Assembly (NCBI GenBank): GCA_035390665.1
Contig: DAOOUC010000004.1
Coordinates: 46,702 to 78,701, forward strand
DNA length: 32,000 nucleotides
Direction of reading: 5' to 3'
Origin: an archaeon
GTDB taxonomy: Archaea; Iainarchaeota; Iainarchaeia; Iainarchaeales; CSSED10-239
In this document: in pieces, positions 8,127 to 17,610 of the stretch
Numbering within the stretch: the stretch's first letter is position 1
Layout of the letters: every line of letters starts with the position of its first letter
Notes under the pieces: model-generated
What the model saw: only the letters and a program-made list of their open reading frames with translations
What the model was told of the DNA's origin: nothing
The model's database searches: none
Position numbers and translations under genes: made by a program

Positions 8127-10550
8127 TTAAAAGAATTCACCAAGACCTTTTTGCTTGGTGTTTGTTATTAGTTCGTCTTTTGTTACTCCAATTTCTTCCA
8201 TTATCGGAAGAAGGGCAGGGATTAATTGATTATTTATATAATATTCACTATCATAATCCTTCTCTTTAACAAACTCAGCAATTTGTGATTTTTCTGAAAT
8301 TGTTTTTCCTGCCTTTTCTGTTACAATGTATTCAACAAGATCTCCAACCTTAAATTTCTTGCCTTTGTCTTTTGCATTTTTTACAGCAGACATTGCAGGA
8401 TTTAAAGTCTTATAACTTTCAAGAGATTTATGAACAAATGTCTGAATAATTAATTTAGAGTTCGGTATTTCTTTTTTTTGTAAATCAGAAATAACTAATT
8501 GAAGAAACTTAAGTGCTTTCTTTGGGTCTTTTTCTTTTAGAATAATTTTTAAGATTTCTTTTTGCGTCTCTTTAACAAGAGGACACCAATCATGTCTTAC
8601 ATATTCAAAGCCTTTGATCTTAAGGTTTCCATTATAATCCAAAAGAGCATATTTCTTTTTTGCTGCTCTGTCTTTATCTCTTGATTGTACAAATATTCCA
8701 GATTGATAAATGTCTTCTAGTTCTAGAGTCATTGCCTTTGGAAGAGATGCATTTAAATTTTTCAGATCTTCTTTTAATTTCTCAATATTTCTAAACTCTA
8801 TAAAACAAGAATCTGTGTCTCCATAAACAACCCTATATCCTAGATTTTCAAGATCTTTAATAGTTTCTTGAATCTTTGAGCGCACTAAAGAATACATAAT
8901 TTCTAAAGTAGGTCTAGAATACCATCTTGCTCCTGCAAAACCCATATACCCGTAGGTTGATGCTAAAAATATCTTTAAAGCATACTGTTTAGCATACATT
9001 TCTCTATATTCTGTGCTTTCTTTTGGTAATGTCTTTGCTTCTTCTTTGTATTTTGATCTTAAAGCTAACAGTTCTTCAAGAAGAGTTGGGACAAAGCCTT
9101 TTTTCTTACAGGTGTAATGACTTCCAAGAACAACAAATGGCTCTTCTTTACAGCAGGGACAATCAACAGTTTCTGGACTTAGATTATAAGAGATAATCAA
9201 AGATATATGATAACTTCTAAAATCAAGAACTGCTAAGTTTTGATGCAAGCCAGAAATTGGAGCTTTAACAAAAGCACCACTAAATGAAAATTTTTGTCTT
9301 TCTCCTATTGTTTCTTGTGTTGGTTTGTTTGGTATTATCTTTTTGTTATTAAAATAATATTTTGTAAATAATCTTTCAACCATAACTCCTGCTGAAGAAA
9401 AAATCAAATCAGAAACTGGATAGTTAATAAATTCTGATATTTCAAAAACAATTTGATTATAGTTTTCTGCAAGTTCTTGAGTTGCATAGACATCATCAAG
9501 ATTATATTCTATAATTTTAGCGTAATCTCCTGAAAGATAAGCCTCTCGCATATCTAGAGGGGGAAGAGAAAGTTTTTTCTTTCCTGTGAGTTTTGAATAT
9601 AAGGTATTAAGATCCAGTTTTGGATAGTTAAAAACTTGAAGATATCTTAATAATTTCATAATCGCATAAACATCAATATGAACTATTCCTTCAAGATTTA
9701 CTCTTTTGTTTTTTCCTTTTGGATAAATTAGATGACTATTACCAAAAGTGAATTCTTTTCCTGTAATAAAGTTGTAGGCTTTTTTAAGATAATCAAAGTC
9801 AAAAATTCCATTATAGGTATAAACTACATCTGGTTCTTTTTCCTTAATAAACTCCATAAAGCTTTCAATCATTTCTCTTTCGGATTTGAAAAGATGTACA
9901 TTTGAAAACTTTGTAATTAACTCTCCTTGTTTTTCAGTTAGGTTTACTTCTTCTCCTGCTAAGAAGAAAACAGCACTTGTTTTATCTGAATCAAAATAAC
10001 TTATAGAGATGATTGGATCTTTTCCTGGTTCTGGAAACTTTAAGGTTTTAGAAACTAATACTTCTATATCAAAAGCACAATATTTAATTTTCGGTTTTTC
10101 TTTTGTTGTTGGTTTAATATCAATTATCTTTTGATTCTCAATTGTACATTCTACTTCACAAAAATTACTTAAGTTTTTGTCTAAGAAAAATCTAGAAACA
10201 AAAGGGATATCATACTCATAAAGCTTATAGTTTTTTCCTGGTAAAAAATCAGAAGTCAACAATTCATTTCTAGTTTTAACAAGGTCTTCAACTGTATTAA
10301 AAATCAATTTATTTATTTTTTCTTTTTTTTCTATATCTTTAATATTCAATCTTGTAATTTCTTCATTTGTTAAAGACTCTTGAGAAAAAAGATAAAAATA
10401 AGGATAAAAATCTACAGGATAGATTTCTTTCTTTTCTGTTTTTAGAACAACAAAAAGTTGATTGTCTTTATAGAAAGAATCTAGAAAGATTGCATTTTTT
10501 GAAATTTTGCAATCTTTTTTTTCTTCTTGTTTTTTAAAGATTTTAAACAT
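8127..10550 (-). CDS. polB: Family B DNA polymerase
   Basis: 807 aa. Exo I motif CAFDIEV, Pol motif A LDFRSYHISLIISYNLSPET, Pol motif C VYGDTDS. The C-terminus QKGLGEFF is a canonical PIP box. No intein-sized insertion. Confidence 0.95.
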   Translation of the reverse strand: MFKIFKKQEEKKDCKISKNAIFLDSFYKDNQLFVVLKTEKKEIYPVDFYPYFYLFSQESLTNEEITRLNIKDIEKKEKINKLIFNTVEDLVKTRNELLTSDFLPGKNYKLYEYDIPFVSRFFLDKNLSNFCEVECTIENQKIIDIKPTTKEKPKIKYCAFDIEVLVSKTLKFPEPGKDPIISISYFDSDKTSAVFFLAGEEVNLTEKQGELITKFSNVHLFKSEREMIESFMEFIKEKEPDVVYTYNGIFDFDYLKKAYNFITGKEFTFGNSHLIYPKGKNKRVNLEGIVHIDVYAIMKLLRYLQVFNYPKLDLNTLYSKLTGKKKLSLPPLDMREAYLSGDYAKIIEYNLDDVYATQELAENYNQIVFEISEFINYPVSDLIFSSAGVMVERLFTKYYFNNKKIIPNKPTQETIGERQKFSFSGAFVKAPISGLHQNLAVLDFRSYHISLIISYNLSPETVDCPCCKEEPFVVLGSHYTCKKKGFVPTLLEELLALRSKYKEEAKTLPKESTEYREMYAKQYALKIFLASTYGYMGFAGARWYSRPTLEIMYSLVRSKIQETIKDLENLGYRVVYGDTDSCFIEFRNIEKLKEDLKNLNASLPKAMTLELEDIYQSGIFVQSRDKDRAAKKKYALLDYNGNLKIKGFEYVRHDWCPLVKETQKEILKIILKEKDPKKALKFLQLVISDLQKKEIPNSKLIIQTFVHKSLESYKTLNPAMSAVKNAKDKGKKFKVGDLVEYIVTEKAGKTISEKSQIAEFVKEKDYDSEYYINNQLIPALLPIMEEIGVTKDELITNTKQKGLGEFF

Positions 10551-10561
10551 ATTTTATAACT

Positions 10562-11188
10562 TTATAAAAAAATAGAATTAAGTAAAATTGCAATAACAAA
10601 TATTAATATCATTAAAACTATTTTACCTATTGGATTTTTTATATCAAATACAATTTCAGTAAATTCATAGAACATAATTATACAATACACTATGAAAAAT
10701 AATGAAATTAAGGATAATAGAATTATACCAATAATATTAAATACAGTAAGTGTTGGAAACAATGTTGTGCTATTTATTAATGCAGGATTTTGAAAAACGG
10801 CTTGTATTACAGGTATAAAAGAATTTAAGAAAACCAAGAAAATTACTGCCGTAATTATAGAAAATATTATTGTAGGAATTCTAAAAGATGCTAAAGAAGA
10901 CAAAACTTTTTGAAAAGCATGCTTTGGTAATTTTTTTGCACCTCTTATAAAATACATTATTAAAAATAATAAAACTCCTAGAACAAACCAGTTAATTAAT
11001 ATAGACGAAAAAATCTCATATACAGAAACTGTTCCAAGATTTGGCATTTTAATAATTAAATAAAATAAAATATTTATTACAAAAGAAATCAGAACAACAA
11101 TTAAACTTTCAGTTAAACTAACCTTTTCATAAAAATGATCAATTAAAGCCTTTGGCCCTCTTTTTGCTTTATATACTTCATTTAACAT
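10562..11188 (-). CDS. Polytopic membrane protein (Yip1-like topology by eye), unknown function
   Basis: 208 aa, ATG preceded by the SD AGGTGAT, with about 5 hydrophobic helices after a short polar N-terminus. Confidence 0.45.
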   Translation of the reverse strand: MLNEVYKAKRGPKALIDHFYEKVSLTESLIVVLISFVINILFYLIIKMPNLGTVSVYEIFSSILINWFVLGVLLFLIMYFIRGAKKLPKHAFQKVLSSLASFRIPTIIFSIITAVIFLVFLNSFIPVIQAVFQNPALINSTTLFPTLTVFNIIGIILLSLISLFFIVYCIIMFYEFTEIVFDIKNPIGKIVLMILIFVIAILLNSIFL

Positions 11189-11294
11189 TAATAATCACCT
11201 ATTTTCAATAATATATTTTAGACAAAAGAATATATAAATGTTATGAATTGCTCTCAAATGCATTTAAATATTTTTATTATATTATATTTTATTA

Positions 11295-12371
11295 ATGGCA
11301 ACTAAAAAACAGGTTTTTTCTAAACCTTTTAATCTTGTTTATGAGAATAATTATCCTGATTTATTAGTTGGTCCTGGTTTTTTTAATAACCCTGGTAATG
11401 CAAAAGACTCTAGTCCAGATAAATGGATTAAACAAGACCCTAAAAAAATAGAACAAGAAAGAGCAAAGCAAGTTTTTTCTTTTAAAAGTTTTAAAAAAAC
11501 TGATGCTTCCAAATTTGATAAATCTCTTTTTGAAGTTCAATTATTAGCACAAACCGAAAACACCTCTGAACTTGAGATTAATATTAATCAAAAACCAAAA
11601 CTTGTTAAAGAAAACTATAGTGGAATAAATAACTTCTCTTATGAGTTTGAAGAACTTAAAGTTGTTGACAATATTAAGATTCCAACAATAATTGATAAAA
11701 CTGTTAATGATGGCGACTTAAAAGCAAAAGAAGGAATAATAAATATCTATAATAAACTTGATGATGTTTATAAGGTTGAACAAGTATTATCTCTTGGACT
11801 TCTTGGAAGAACAAAAAATAGAGTACTTGTTCCAACAAGGTGGGCAATTACTTCAACTGACGATATTATTTCTAAGGATTTGATTGAGAACACTCTTGTT
11901 GATTATCCAACGATAGACAAATATCTTGTATTTTCTTTTAGTTTTTATCAGAATATCTTTTATGTTCTGTTTATTCCAAGAATCTGGGGTTTTGAACAAA
12001 TTGAAATACAAGGCGAAAACATCTGTGAAGATTTTGAGATTAATGGACCAAGAAAAACCTATGCATCTTCAGTTACTGGTGGTTACTATGCTGCAAGAAT
12101 TGAAGTTGCTAAATATCTTTCAAGAAAGAAAAGACAAGCATCAGTAATTGTTTTTAGAGATATTTCTCCAGAATATAAATCAAAAGGAGTTTGGGTAATT
12201 AGAGAAACGGTTAGAGAAGCACTAACAAAAGAGCCTTTTGCTTTTGATACACTTGAAGATGCAAAAACATTTATTAATCAAAGAATAAGAAACGGAAGTG
12301 ATTATTGGTTAAAGCAATCAAAACTATATTCTGAAATAAAATGCCAAAAAAGACTTTTTGATTTTTTATAA
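11295..12371 (+). CDS. Nre-family (NreA-like, DUF650/DUF651-type) DNA-repair-associated protein
   Basis: 358 aa. The VLVPTRWAITSTDD motif and overall layout match my recollection of the archaeal Nre family. The C-terminus QKRLFDFL is a PIP box, as described for NreA. This is a family call from memory, not from a search. Confidence 0.5.
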   Translation: MATKKQVFSKPFNLVYENNYPDLLVGPGFFNNPGNAKDSSPDKWIKQDPKKIEQERAKQVFSFKSFKKTDASKFDKSLFEVQLLAQTENTSELEININQKPKLVKENYSGINNFSYEFEELKVVDNIKIPTIIDKTVNDGDLKAKEGIINIYNKLDDVYKVEQVLSLGLLGRTKNRVLVPTRWAITSTDDIISKDLIENTLVDYPTIDKYLVFSFSFYQNIFYVLFIPRIWGFEQIEIQGENICEDFEINGPRKTYASSVTGGYYAARIEVAKYLSRKKRQASVIVFRDISPEYKSKGVWVIRETVREALTKEPFAFDTLEDAKTFINQRIRNGSDYWLKQSKLYSEIKCQKRLFDFL

Positions 12372-13391
12372 AAATATAATAAATCCTGCTACACAAAATA
12401 AAACTTCTACAAGAAGAATACCTGTTGTTACTTGCTTTTCTGTAAAGCGTTTTTTCCAAAGGGTTGGTAGATACATCATTATGTGTGTCCAAGAATAGAT
12501 GTGCTTGTATGGTGCTTTTAATGTGCCGTCTTCTTGAAGATTTCCAAGACTTCTTACTTTTAGTTTTCCTCTAACTTTTAGAAGAATCTCTATTGCCCAA
12601 GGAATAAAAATAAAAAGCGCAAAGCTTTCAATGTTACCTACAATTGCAATTGTTGCAAAGGTTGCACCGAAAAGATATGTTAAAGAGTCTCCTGGAAGCA
12701 TCTTAGCAGGACACCAATTGTTCATTAGATAAGGTAAAACTGCACCTAGTGCTAAAAACGAAATAACGGCGGCTTCAGTTCTTCCATTAATTAAAGAATA
12801 AACCCCAAGAGAAAGAGTTACAATTGCCATTAAGCCTCCTTCTAAACCATTTGTTCCAGCAAGCATATTTGTAGAATTTGTTATAACAACAAATAATATT
12901 GGAACAATTAGTAAAGGATACCAAAAACCAAAATTAATTGTACCTATTATTGGAAGAGCCATTGTAAAGTCTCCAGCCATTATAGCAATCAGAGGTATTG
13001 CTGCTAATATTGTCAATAACGGCTTTAACCATTGAGGAAGACCAACTCTAATTTCTAAATCTCCATAAATGTTTTTTACAGGTTCTTTACTTACATTTAA
13101 ATCATCAAAAAAACCAACTAATGTTGCTAAAAGAATGGCAAGAACTGAAGAAATAATTATGGTGTTATCTACCTTAAAATAAAAACTTGATAACAAAACA
13201 AAAAACATAGAAGCAATAAAAAAACCAAAAAAAACAGGAATTCCGGCTGATTGTGGAAGAACTGGTTTTTGCTTTTTCTGTTGATCTACAGCAATTATTC
13301 CTCTTGTAACAAAAAATTTTTTAAATTGAGTTAAAGTAAAAAAAGAAATTAGAAAAGCAAGAACGAAACTAAAAAATAACAAATAAATCAT
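12366..13391 (-). CDS. Glycosyltransferase family 4, dolichyl/polyprenyl-phosphate HexNAc-1-phosphate transferase (AglH/MraY-WecA family)
   Basis: 341 aa, about 10 TM helices. Motifs are GFFDDLN and NSTNMLAGTNGLEGG. It starts immediately after the aglB stop, so the two are translationally coupled. Confidence 0.8.
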   Translation of the reverse strand: MIYLLFFSFVLAFLISFFTLTQFKKFFVTRGIIAVDQQKKQKPVLPQSAGIPVFFGFFIASMFFVLLSSFYFKVDNTIIISSVLAILLATLVGFFDDLNVSKEPVKNIYGDLEIRVGLPQWLKPLLTILAAIPLIAIMAGDFTMALPIIGTINFGFWYPLLIVPILFVVITNSTNMLAGTNGLEGGLMAIVTLSLGVYSLINGRTEAAVISFLALGAVLPYLMNNWCPAKMLPGDSLTYLFGATFATIAIVGNIESFALFIFIPWAIEILLKVRGKLKVRSLGNLQEDGTLKAPYKHIYSWTHIMMYLPTLWKKRFTEKQVTTGILLVEVLFCVAGFIIFL

Positions 13392-15368
13392 TTAGTTTCC
13401 CTCTAATAATTCTTTATTAACTTTGTAAACTCTAACTTTTCCAAAAGATTGTGCTTTTGTAACAATTGGCTCTAATGTTTTATCATCAAAAATCATTCTT
13501 GCAAAAATGGTTTTGTTTACTGCTGCATTTAATAAATAAATTTTAGAATTGTCTTTTTCTCTGTACATGTATATTGGAACATTCTCCATTACTTGATCTG
13601 GGGCTGTGTGATATTCTGTTTTTATTTTGTTTATTTCTACTTCCGATATTGCTTGATTTCCACAAATGTAATTAACTGTTCCAGATATCGCTTTTTCTTG
13701 CTTATAACAATCAACAACAACACCAAGATATCTTGTTATTTTTGGATCACTAAAATTTGTTGTCCAATAACCATAGATTGCAAAAGAGGACATTCTTTGA
13801 AGGTAGTCTGATTCTACCATTATGTAATCTGTATCATATTTCTTTAATATTTCTTTTGTATTGTTAATATCTTCAGAAATCATAAACTTTCCAAAATCAC
13901 TTGTTGCTTCTCCACTTGAGTTTGTGTTATCTGTACTTACTTTTCTTTCTGAGAAATATGCAATCCAGTGTCCATAATCCCACCAGTTTAATATTTTTGC
14001 ATCTGTTGGTGTATTATCATAAACCCAAAACATTGCATTTTGCCAATCTTTTTCTTGAGAGACCGGTGGTTGCTTACTTAGAACAAAAAAAGATCCGGCT
14101 GCAATTGCTCCAATCAAAAAGATTCCAGCAATTATTGTAAATGCTCTTTTATAATTTATTGATTTACTATCAATCCATTCTGTTGTTAAAAAGAACAAAA
14201 AACCAAATCCGGCTGCAATTGGAAGACCAAGAGTGTAAGTAAACTTTAACTTTGTCCAAGCCATAAATCCAGTAATTAATATCCAAAAGAAAATAATTAA
14301 AACAAAATAATCAATTTTTTGATTATGTTCTTGTTCTTCTTTTTCTTTGTTTTTGTATTTCCCAAATAACAGATATAATGGAATAATAAACAATGCTAAA
14401 AAAGGAATAACAACTAAAAGACTATACTTCTCATAGAAGAATTGCTTACCGGTATTTTCTTCACCAACAGTTGCCCCAACAACATCTGCTTCTTCGACAA
14501 CAGTTTTATTTATTCTTCCAACATTTGTTTCTGAAACTGGAAGATAATTTGTAACATACTCTGATGTTCTTTTTAACCAGCCTGTTCCACTATGTGCTGT
14601 TGTTATAATCGTAAATAATAAGAAACAAGTTAAGAAAACTTTTGAAAAAGCAAGTATTTCTTTTTTATTTATGTTTTTGATTAACATGTAAACAATCATT
14701 GTGCCAAAATAAGCTAATAGCACTAAAGGAATTAATAAAAACATATCCCAAGTTATTGCCATTAAATAAAAGAAAAGCGCTCCAATTATAGAATATATTA
14801 ACCAATTCTTTAATTTGTGTCTATTCTGTATTGCTGTTACCAAAAATATGAAACCTAGAACTAACCACAAGAAACCTAAAGCATCTTCTTCGAAGAATCC
14901 GCCCATTGTTCTATAAACAAAAGCAGGAACAGTTGCAGCCATTACTCCCATTGCAACGCCTGTTCTAGTATTATACATTTTCTTTCCTAAGAAAAACATA
15001 GCTACTGAAATTAATGCTCCAAAGATTGCAGGAAGCCATCTTGCATATTCCATTAATAGCCATTTATCGTAAGCTGCTCCAAATGTGGTGATTTTATAGA
15101 TTGCAGCAGTAAAGAACCACAAAAATGAAAATTTAGATTTATATGTTTGAATAGATTCTGATTGTAAATAGAAACCTAATGGATCACTTGTTGGAAGATT
15201 TCCTTGTACAACATATCCTGTTGCTCTAAGATGCCAATAAGGGTCAAATTCAAACATGTATTCATATCTTAAAATATGTGCTCTAATTCCAAGACCTAAA
15301 ATAAAAATCAATGAGATTATTAAAATGATTACCCAATGTTTAGAAAAAAAGTTCTTTATTTTGTTCAT
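13392..15368 (-). CDS. aglB: Archaeal oligosaccharyltransferase AglB (STT3 homologue)
   Basis: 658 aa. A multi-TM N-terminal half is followed by a soluble C-terminal domain carrying the catalytic NWWDYGHW (WWDYG) motif. Confidence 0.9.
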   Translation of the reverse strand: MNKIKNFFSKHWVIILIISLIFILGLGIRAHILRYEYMFEFDPYWHLRATGYVVQGNLPTSDPLGFYLQSESIQTYKSKFSFLWFFTAAIYKITTFGAAYDKWLLMEYARWLPAIFGALISVAMFFLGKKMYNTRTGVAMGVMAATVPAFVYRTMGGFFEEDALGFLWLVLGFIFLVTAIQNRHKLKNWLIYSIIGALFFYLMAITWDMFLLIPLVLLAYFGTMIVYMLIKNINKKEILAFSKVFLTCFLLFTIITTAHSGTGWLKRTSEYVTNYLPVSETNVGRINKTVVEEADVVGATVGEENTGKQFFYEKYSLLVVIPFLALFIIPLYLLFGKYKNKEKEEQEHNQKIDYFVLIIFFWILITGFMAWTKLKFTYTLGLPIAAGFGFLFFLTTEWIDSKSINYKRAFTIIAGIFLIGAIAAGSFFVLSKQPPVSQEKDWQNAMFWVYDNTPTDAKILNWWDYGHWIAYFSERKVSTDNTNSSGEATSDFGKFMISEDINNTKEILKKYDTDYIMVESDYLQRMSSFAIYGYWTTNFSDPKITRYLGVVVDCYKQEKAISGTVNYICGNQAISEVEINKIKTEYHTAPDQVMENVPIYMYREKDNSKIYLLNAAVNKTIFARMIFDDKTLEPIVTKAQSFGKVRVYKVNKELLEGN

Positions 15369-15482
15369 AGTTATTTCTCTTAAATATATTATATTATATA
15401 ATAAAGAAACATTATGTTTTTAAAAGAAATATATTTATGTAAAAAATTTAATAATTTTTTAAAAAATAGAAAATCACTAAAA

Positions 15483-15600
15483 TGTTAGCAACTAACTTGC
15501 CGCTCCAAGAAAGAACTTAGGGCAAACAATATCGGAGACAAACTTAACTTCTGGGTTCGGAAAGGGTCCAGGTGTTTCTCTATCCCTATGGTCGCTAACA
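15483..15600 (-). rRNA. rrf: 5S ribosomal RNA
   Basis: The reverse complement reads TGTTAGCGACCATAGGGATAGAGAAACACCTGGACCCTTTCCGAACCCAGAAGTTAAGTTTGTCTCCG...GTTGCTAACA. It has the conserved CCGAACCCAGAAGTTAAG core. The 5' and 3' ends form a 10-bp helix I (TGTTAGCGAC/GTTGCTAACA, one G-U). It is a GC-enriched island in AT-rich DNA, and no 16S or 23S rRNA lies in the window. Confidence 0.85.
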
Positions 15601-15621
15601 AATAATATATGTTTGAAAAGG

Positions 15622-15629
15622 TTTATAAA
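15622..15629 (-). promoter_or_regulatory. Putative TATA box (TTTATAAA) for the 5S rRNA gene
   Basis: TTTATAAA spans about -29 to -22 relative to the proposed 5S 5' end at 15600. It lies inside the 41-nt spacer after the tbp stop. Confidence 0.4.
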
Positions 15630-15641
15630 TGGTTTGTTTTA

Positions 15642-16184
15642 CTATTTTTCCTTAGCTCCTGCTAAAACCTTCTTTAATTTATTTAATCCTTTAACTATGT
15701 CTTCTTCTGACTTTGCGCCCGCACAAATTAATTTTCCATTCTTGAAAAGTAACATTGTTAGCTTTGGATTAAAGATTCTTACAATTGCACCAGGAAATTG
15801 TTCTGGTTCATATTCAATATTATCTAAAGTAACTGCTGCATTAAAAAGATCAATTTGTTTATTTAAGTTAGACGTTGCAACAAGGTTAACAATCTTATAG
15901 CTTACTCTGTCCTTTATTGTAACATTCTTTTGAACTTCGCTAATTATCTTTGAAGCTTTCTTTATTGCAGTCTTTATGTCTTTTTCACTTGATGCTCCGG
16001 AAATTATAATGTTTCCATTCTTGAAAAGAAGTAAAGAAACTCTTGGTTCATCCATTTTTAAAATTGCACCAGGAAATTGCTCTGGTTCATATTCAACTTC
16101 AGGTATTGCTGTTGCAAGATTATAAAGATCTAAGCCTGTACCAAGAGAACTAGATGCCACTAAATTAACAATTTTATATTCCAT
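15642..16184 (-). CDS. tbp: TATA-box binding protein
   Basis: 180 aa made of two direct repeats (KIVNLVASSSLG...EQFPGAILKM...LLLFKNGNIIISGA and KIVNLVATSNLN...EQFPGAIVRI...MLLFKNGKLICAGA). Confidence 0.95.
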   Translation of the reverse strand: MEYKIVNLVASSSLGTGLDLYNLATAIPEVEYEPEQFPGAILKMDEPRVSLLLFKNGNIIISGASSEKDIKTAIKKASKIISEVQKNVTIKDRVSYKIVNLVATSNLNKQIDLFNAAVTLDNIEYEPEQFPGAIVRIFNPKLTMLLFKNGKLICAGAKSEEDIVKGLNKLKKVLAGAKEK

Positions 16185-16425
16185 TTATTTTTCACCATTT
16201 TTTTATAAAAAGCAAATATTTATATATAATATTTATATATAAAAGCATTTATAAAGCAATTTTTTGTAATTTTTTCTTAACCTTTTTTCTTTTGAAAGTT
16301 TAGTTTTCTACGTTTTATGTGGCAAAAGGTTAGGCTTTTATTTCGTAAATCAACACCATATAAAAACTTTATGGCTCAATAATTATATATCATTTTAAAA
16401 AAAATAAAAAGGATAAGTGAAATAA

Positions 16426-16746
16426 ATGGCAAACAAAAAAGCAAAAGGAAAGAGATCTTTAACAAGATCAAGATATAGAAGAAATGTAAGAGCAAAGACA
16501 ACAGTCAATGAATTAATAAAACCAATTAAGGTTGATGATGTTGTTCAAGTTAATGCAAACAGTTCTGTACATAATGGATTACCACACAGAAGAATGGATG
16601 GTATAACTGGAAAAGTTATTGGCTTTCAAGGAGATTGTCCTATTGTTCAATTAAAAACAGGAAATAAAACAAAGAAAGTAATAACACACAGAGTTCACTT
16701 AAAGTTATTAAAGCAAATAGCAAAAGGTGAAAAGAATGATAAATAA
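16426..16746 (+). CDS. rpl21e: Large-subunit ribosomal protein eL21
   Basis: 106 aa. KGKRSLTRSRYRR...GLPHRRMDGITGKV...ITHRVHLK is typical of eL21. It is first in the conserved rpl21e-rpo4-DUF655-ksgA block. Confidence 0.9.
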   Translation: MANKKAKGKRSLTRSRYRRNVRAKTTVNELIKPIKVDDVVQVNANSSVHNGLPHRRMDGITGKVIGFQGDCPIVQLKTGNKTKKVITHRVHLKLLKQIAKGEKNDK

Positions 16747-17071
16747 TCCTAATTATATTGATGACTTAAGCCTTGCAGAAGTTAAAAAAATCTTAACTGA
16801 AAAAGGGAAAGACAAAGAGCTTAATTATGAACAAAAGCTTGCTTTAGAGCACGCTAAGCTTTTTGCTAAATTAACCCCATTAAAGGCAGAAAAATTAAAA
16901 AAGGAATTAATGGAATTGGATTTAAGTAGTGAGGTTGCTGTTAAAATTGTTGATATTTTGCCTAATGCAGTTGAATTAGATTTAATTGCTGAAAAAAATA
17001 AAACAATAACAGAAGAAAATAAAGAAAAAATTTTGGAACTTGTTTCAAAATACAAGAAAGATGAAGAATGA
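16736..17071 (+). CDS. rpo4: DNA-directed RNA polymerase subunit Rpo4 (RpoF)
   Basis: LSLAEVKKILTE...NYEQKLALEHAKLFAKL...EVAVKIVDILP matches the Rpo4/F helical domain. The track begins at a GTG (16727). I prefer the in-frame ATG at 16736, which is preceded by AAAGGTGA. Its stop overlaps the next ATG (ATGA). Confidence 0.8.
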   Translation: MINNPNYIDDLSLAEVKKILTEKGKDKELNYEQKLALEHAKLFAKLTPLKAEKLKKELMELDLSSEVAVKIVDILPNAVELDLIAEKNKTITEENKEKILELVSKYKKDEE

Positions 17072-17598
17072 TAGAGATTAAAAAAGAAGCAATTGTGCTT
17101 GACAAGGCCACAAGAGAAGTGCAGTTTAAACAAACACCTGTTATTCAATGTATAGGGGTAACTAATTTCTCATTACTTGAGATATATAGTGATGAGTCTC
17201 CTAAATTGCAAGAAACAATAAGCACAGATGAAAAAGTTGTAAAAAGAATAACCTTTGATAAACTTACAACCATTGCTAAAAAAGAACTTGAAAAAGCAGT
17301 TGAGACAATTGTTCTTAATAATCAAGATAGATTTGTTACTTTCTTTAATAATGCTAGACCAATTAATGCTAGAAGACATCAGCTTGATCTTCTTCCAATG
17401 ATTGGAAAGAAACACAGAATGGCATTAATGGAATATCTTGAAAAGAATGGGTCAATTAAAGAACTTAATGATCTTAAGAAAATTGAATTGTTCCCAGATC
17501 CAATAAAAGTAATTGTTAATAGGGTATTAACAGAAATTGAAAATAATGAAGAAGAAAAATATTTCTTGTTTACTGTTCCAATTATAAAAAAATTCTAA
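17068..17598 (+). CDS. DUF655-family protein (OB-fold plus helix-hairpin-helix, putative nucleic-acid binding)
   Basis: 176 aa. ARRHQLDLLPMIGKKHRMALMEY is the HhH-type motif I associate with DUF655. It holds the conserved position between rpo4 and ksgA. Confidence 0.65.
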   Translation: MIEIKKEAIVLDKATREVQFKQTPVIQCIGVTNFSLLEIYSDESPKLQETISTDEKVVKRITFDKLTTIAKKELEKAVETIVLNNQDRFVTFFNNARPINARRHQLDLLPMIGKKHRMALMEYLEKNGSIKELNDLKKIELFPDPIKVIVNRVLTEIENNEEEKYFLFTVPIIKKF

Positions 17599-17610
17599 TT
17601 TTGAGAGCTA

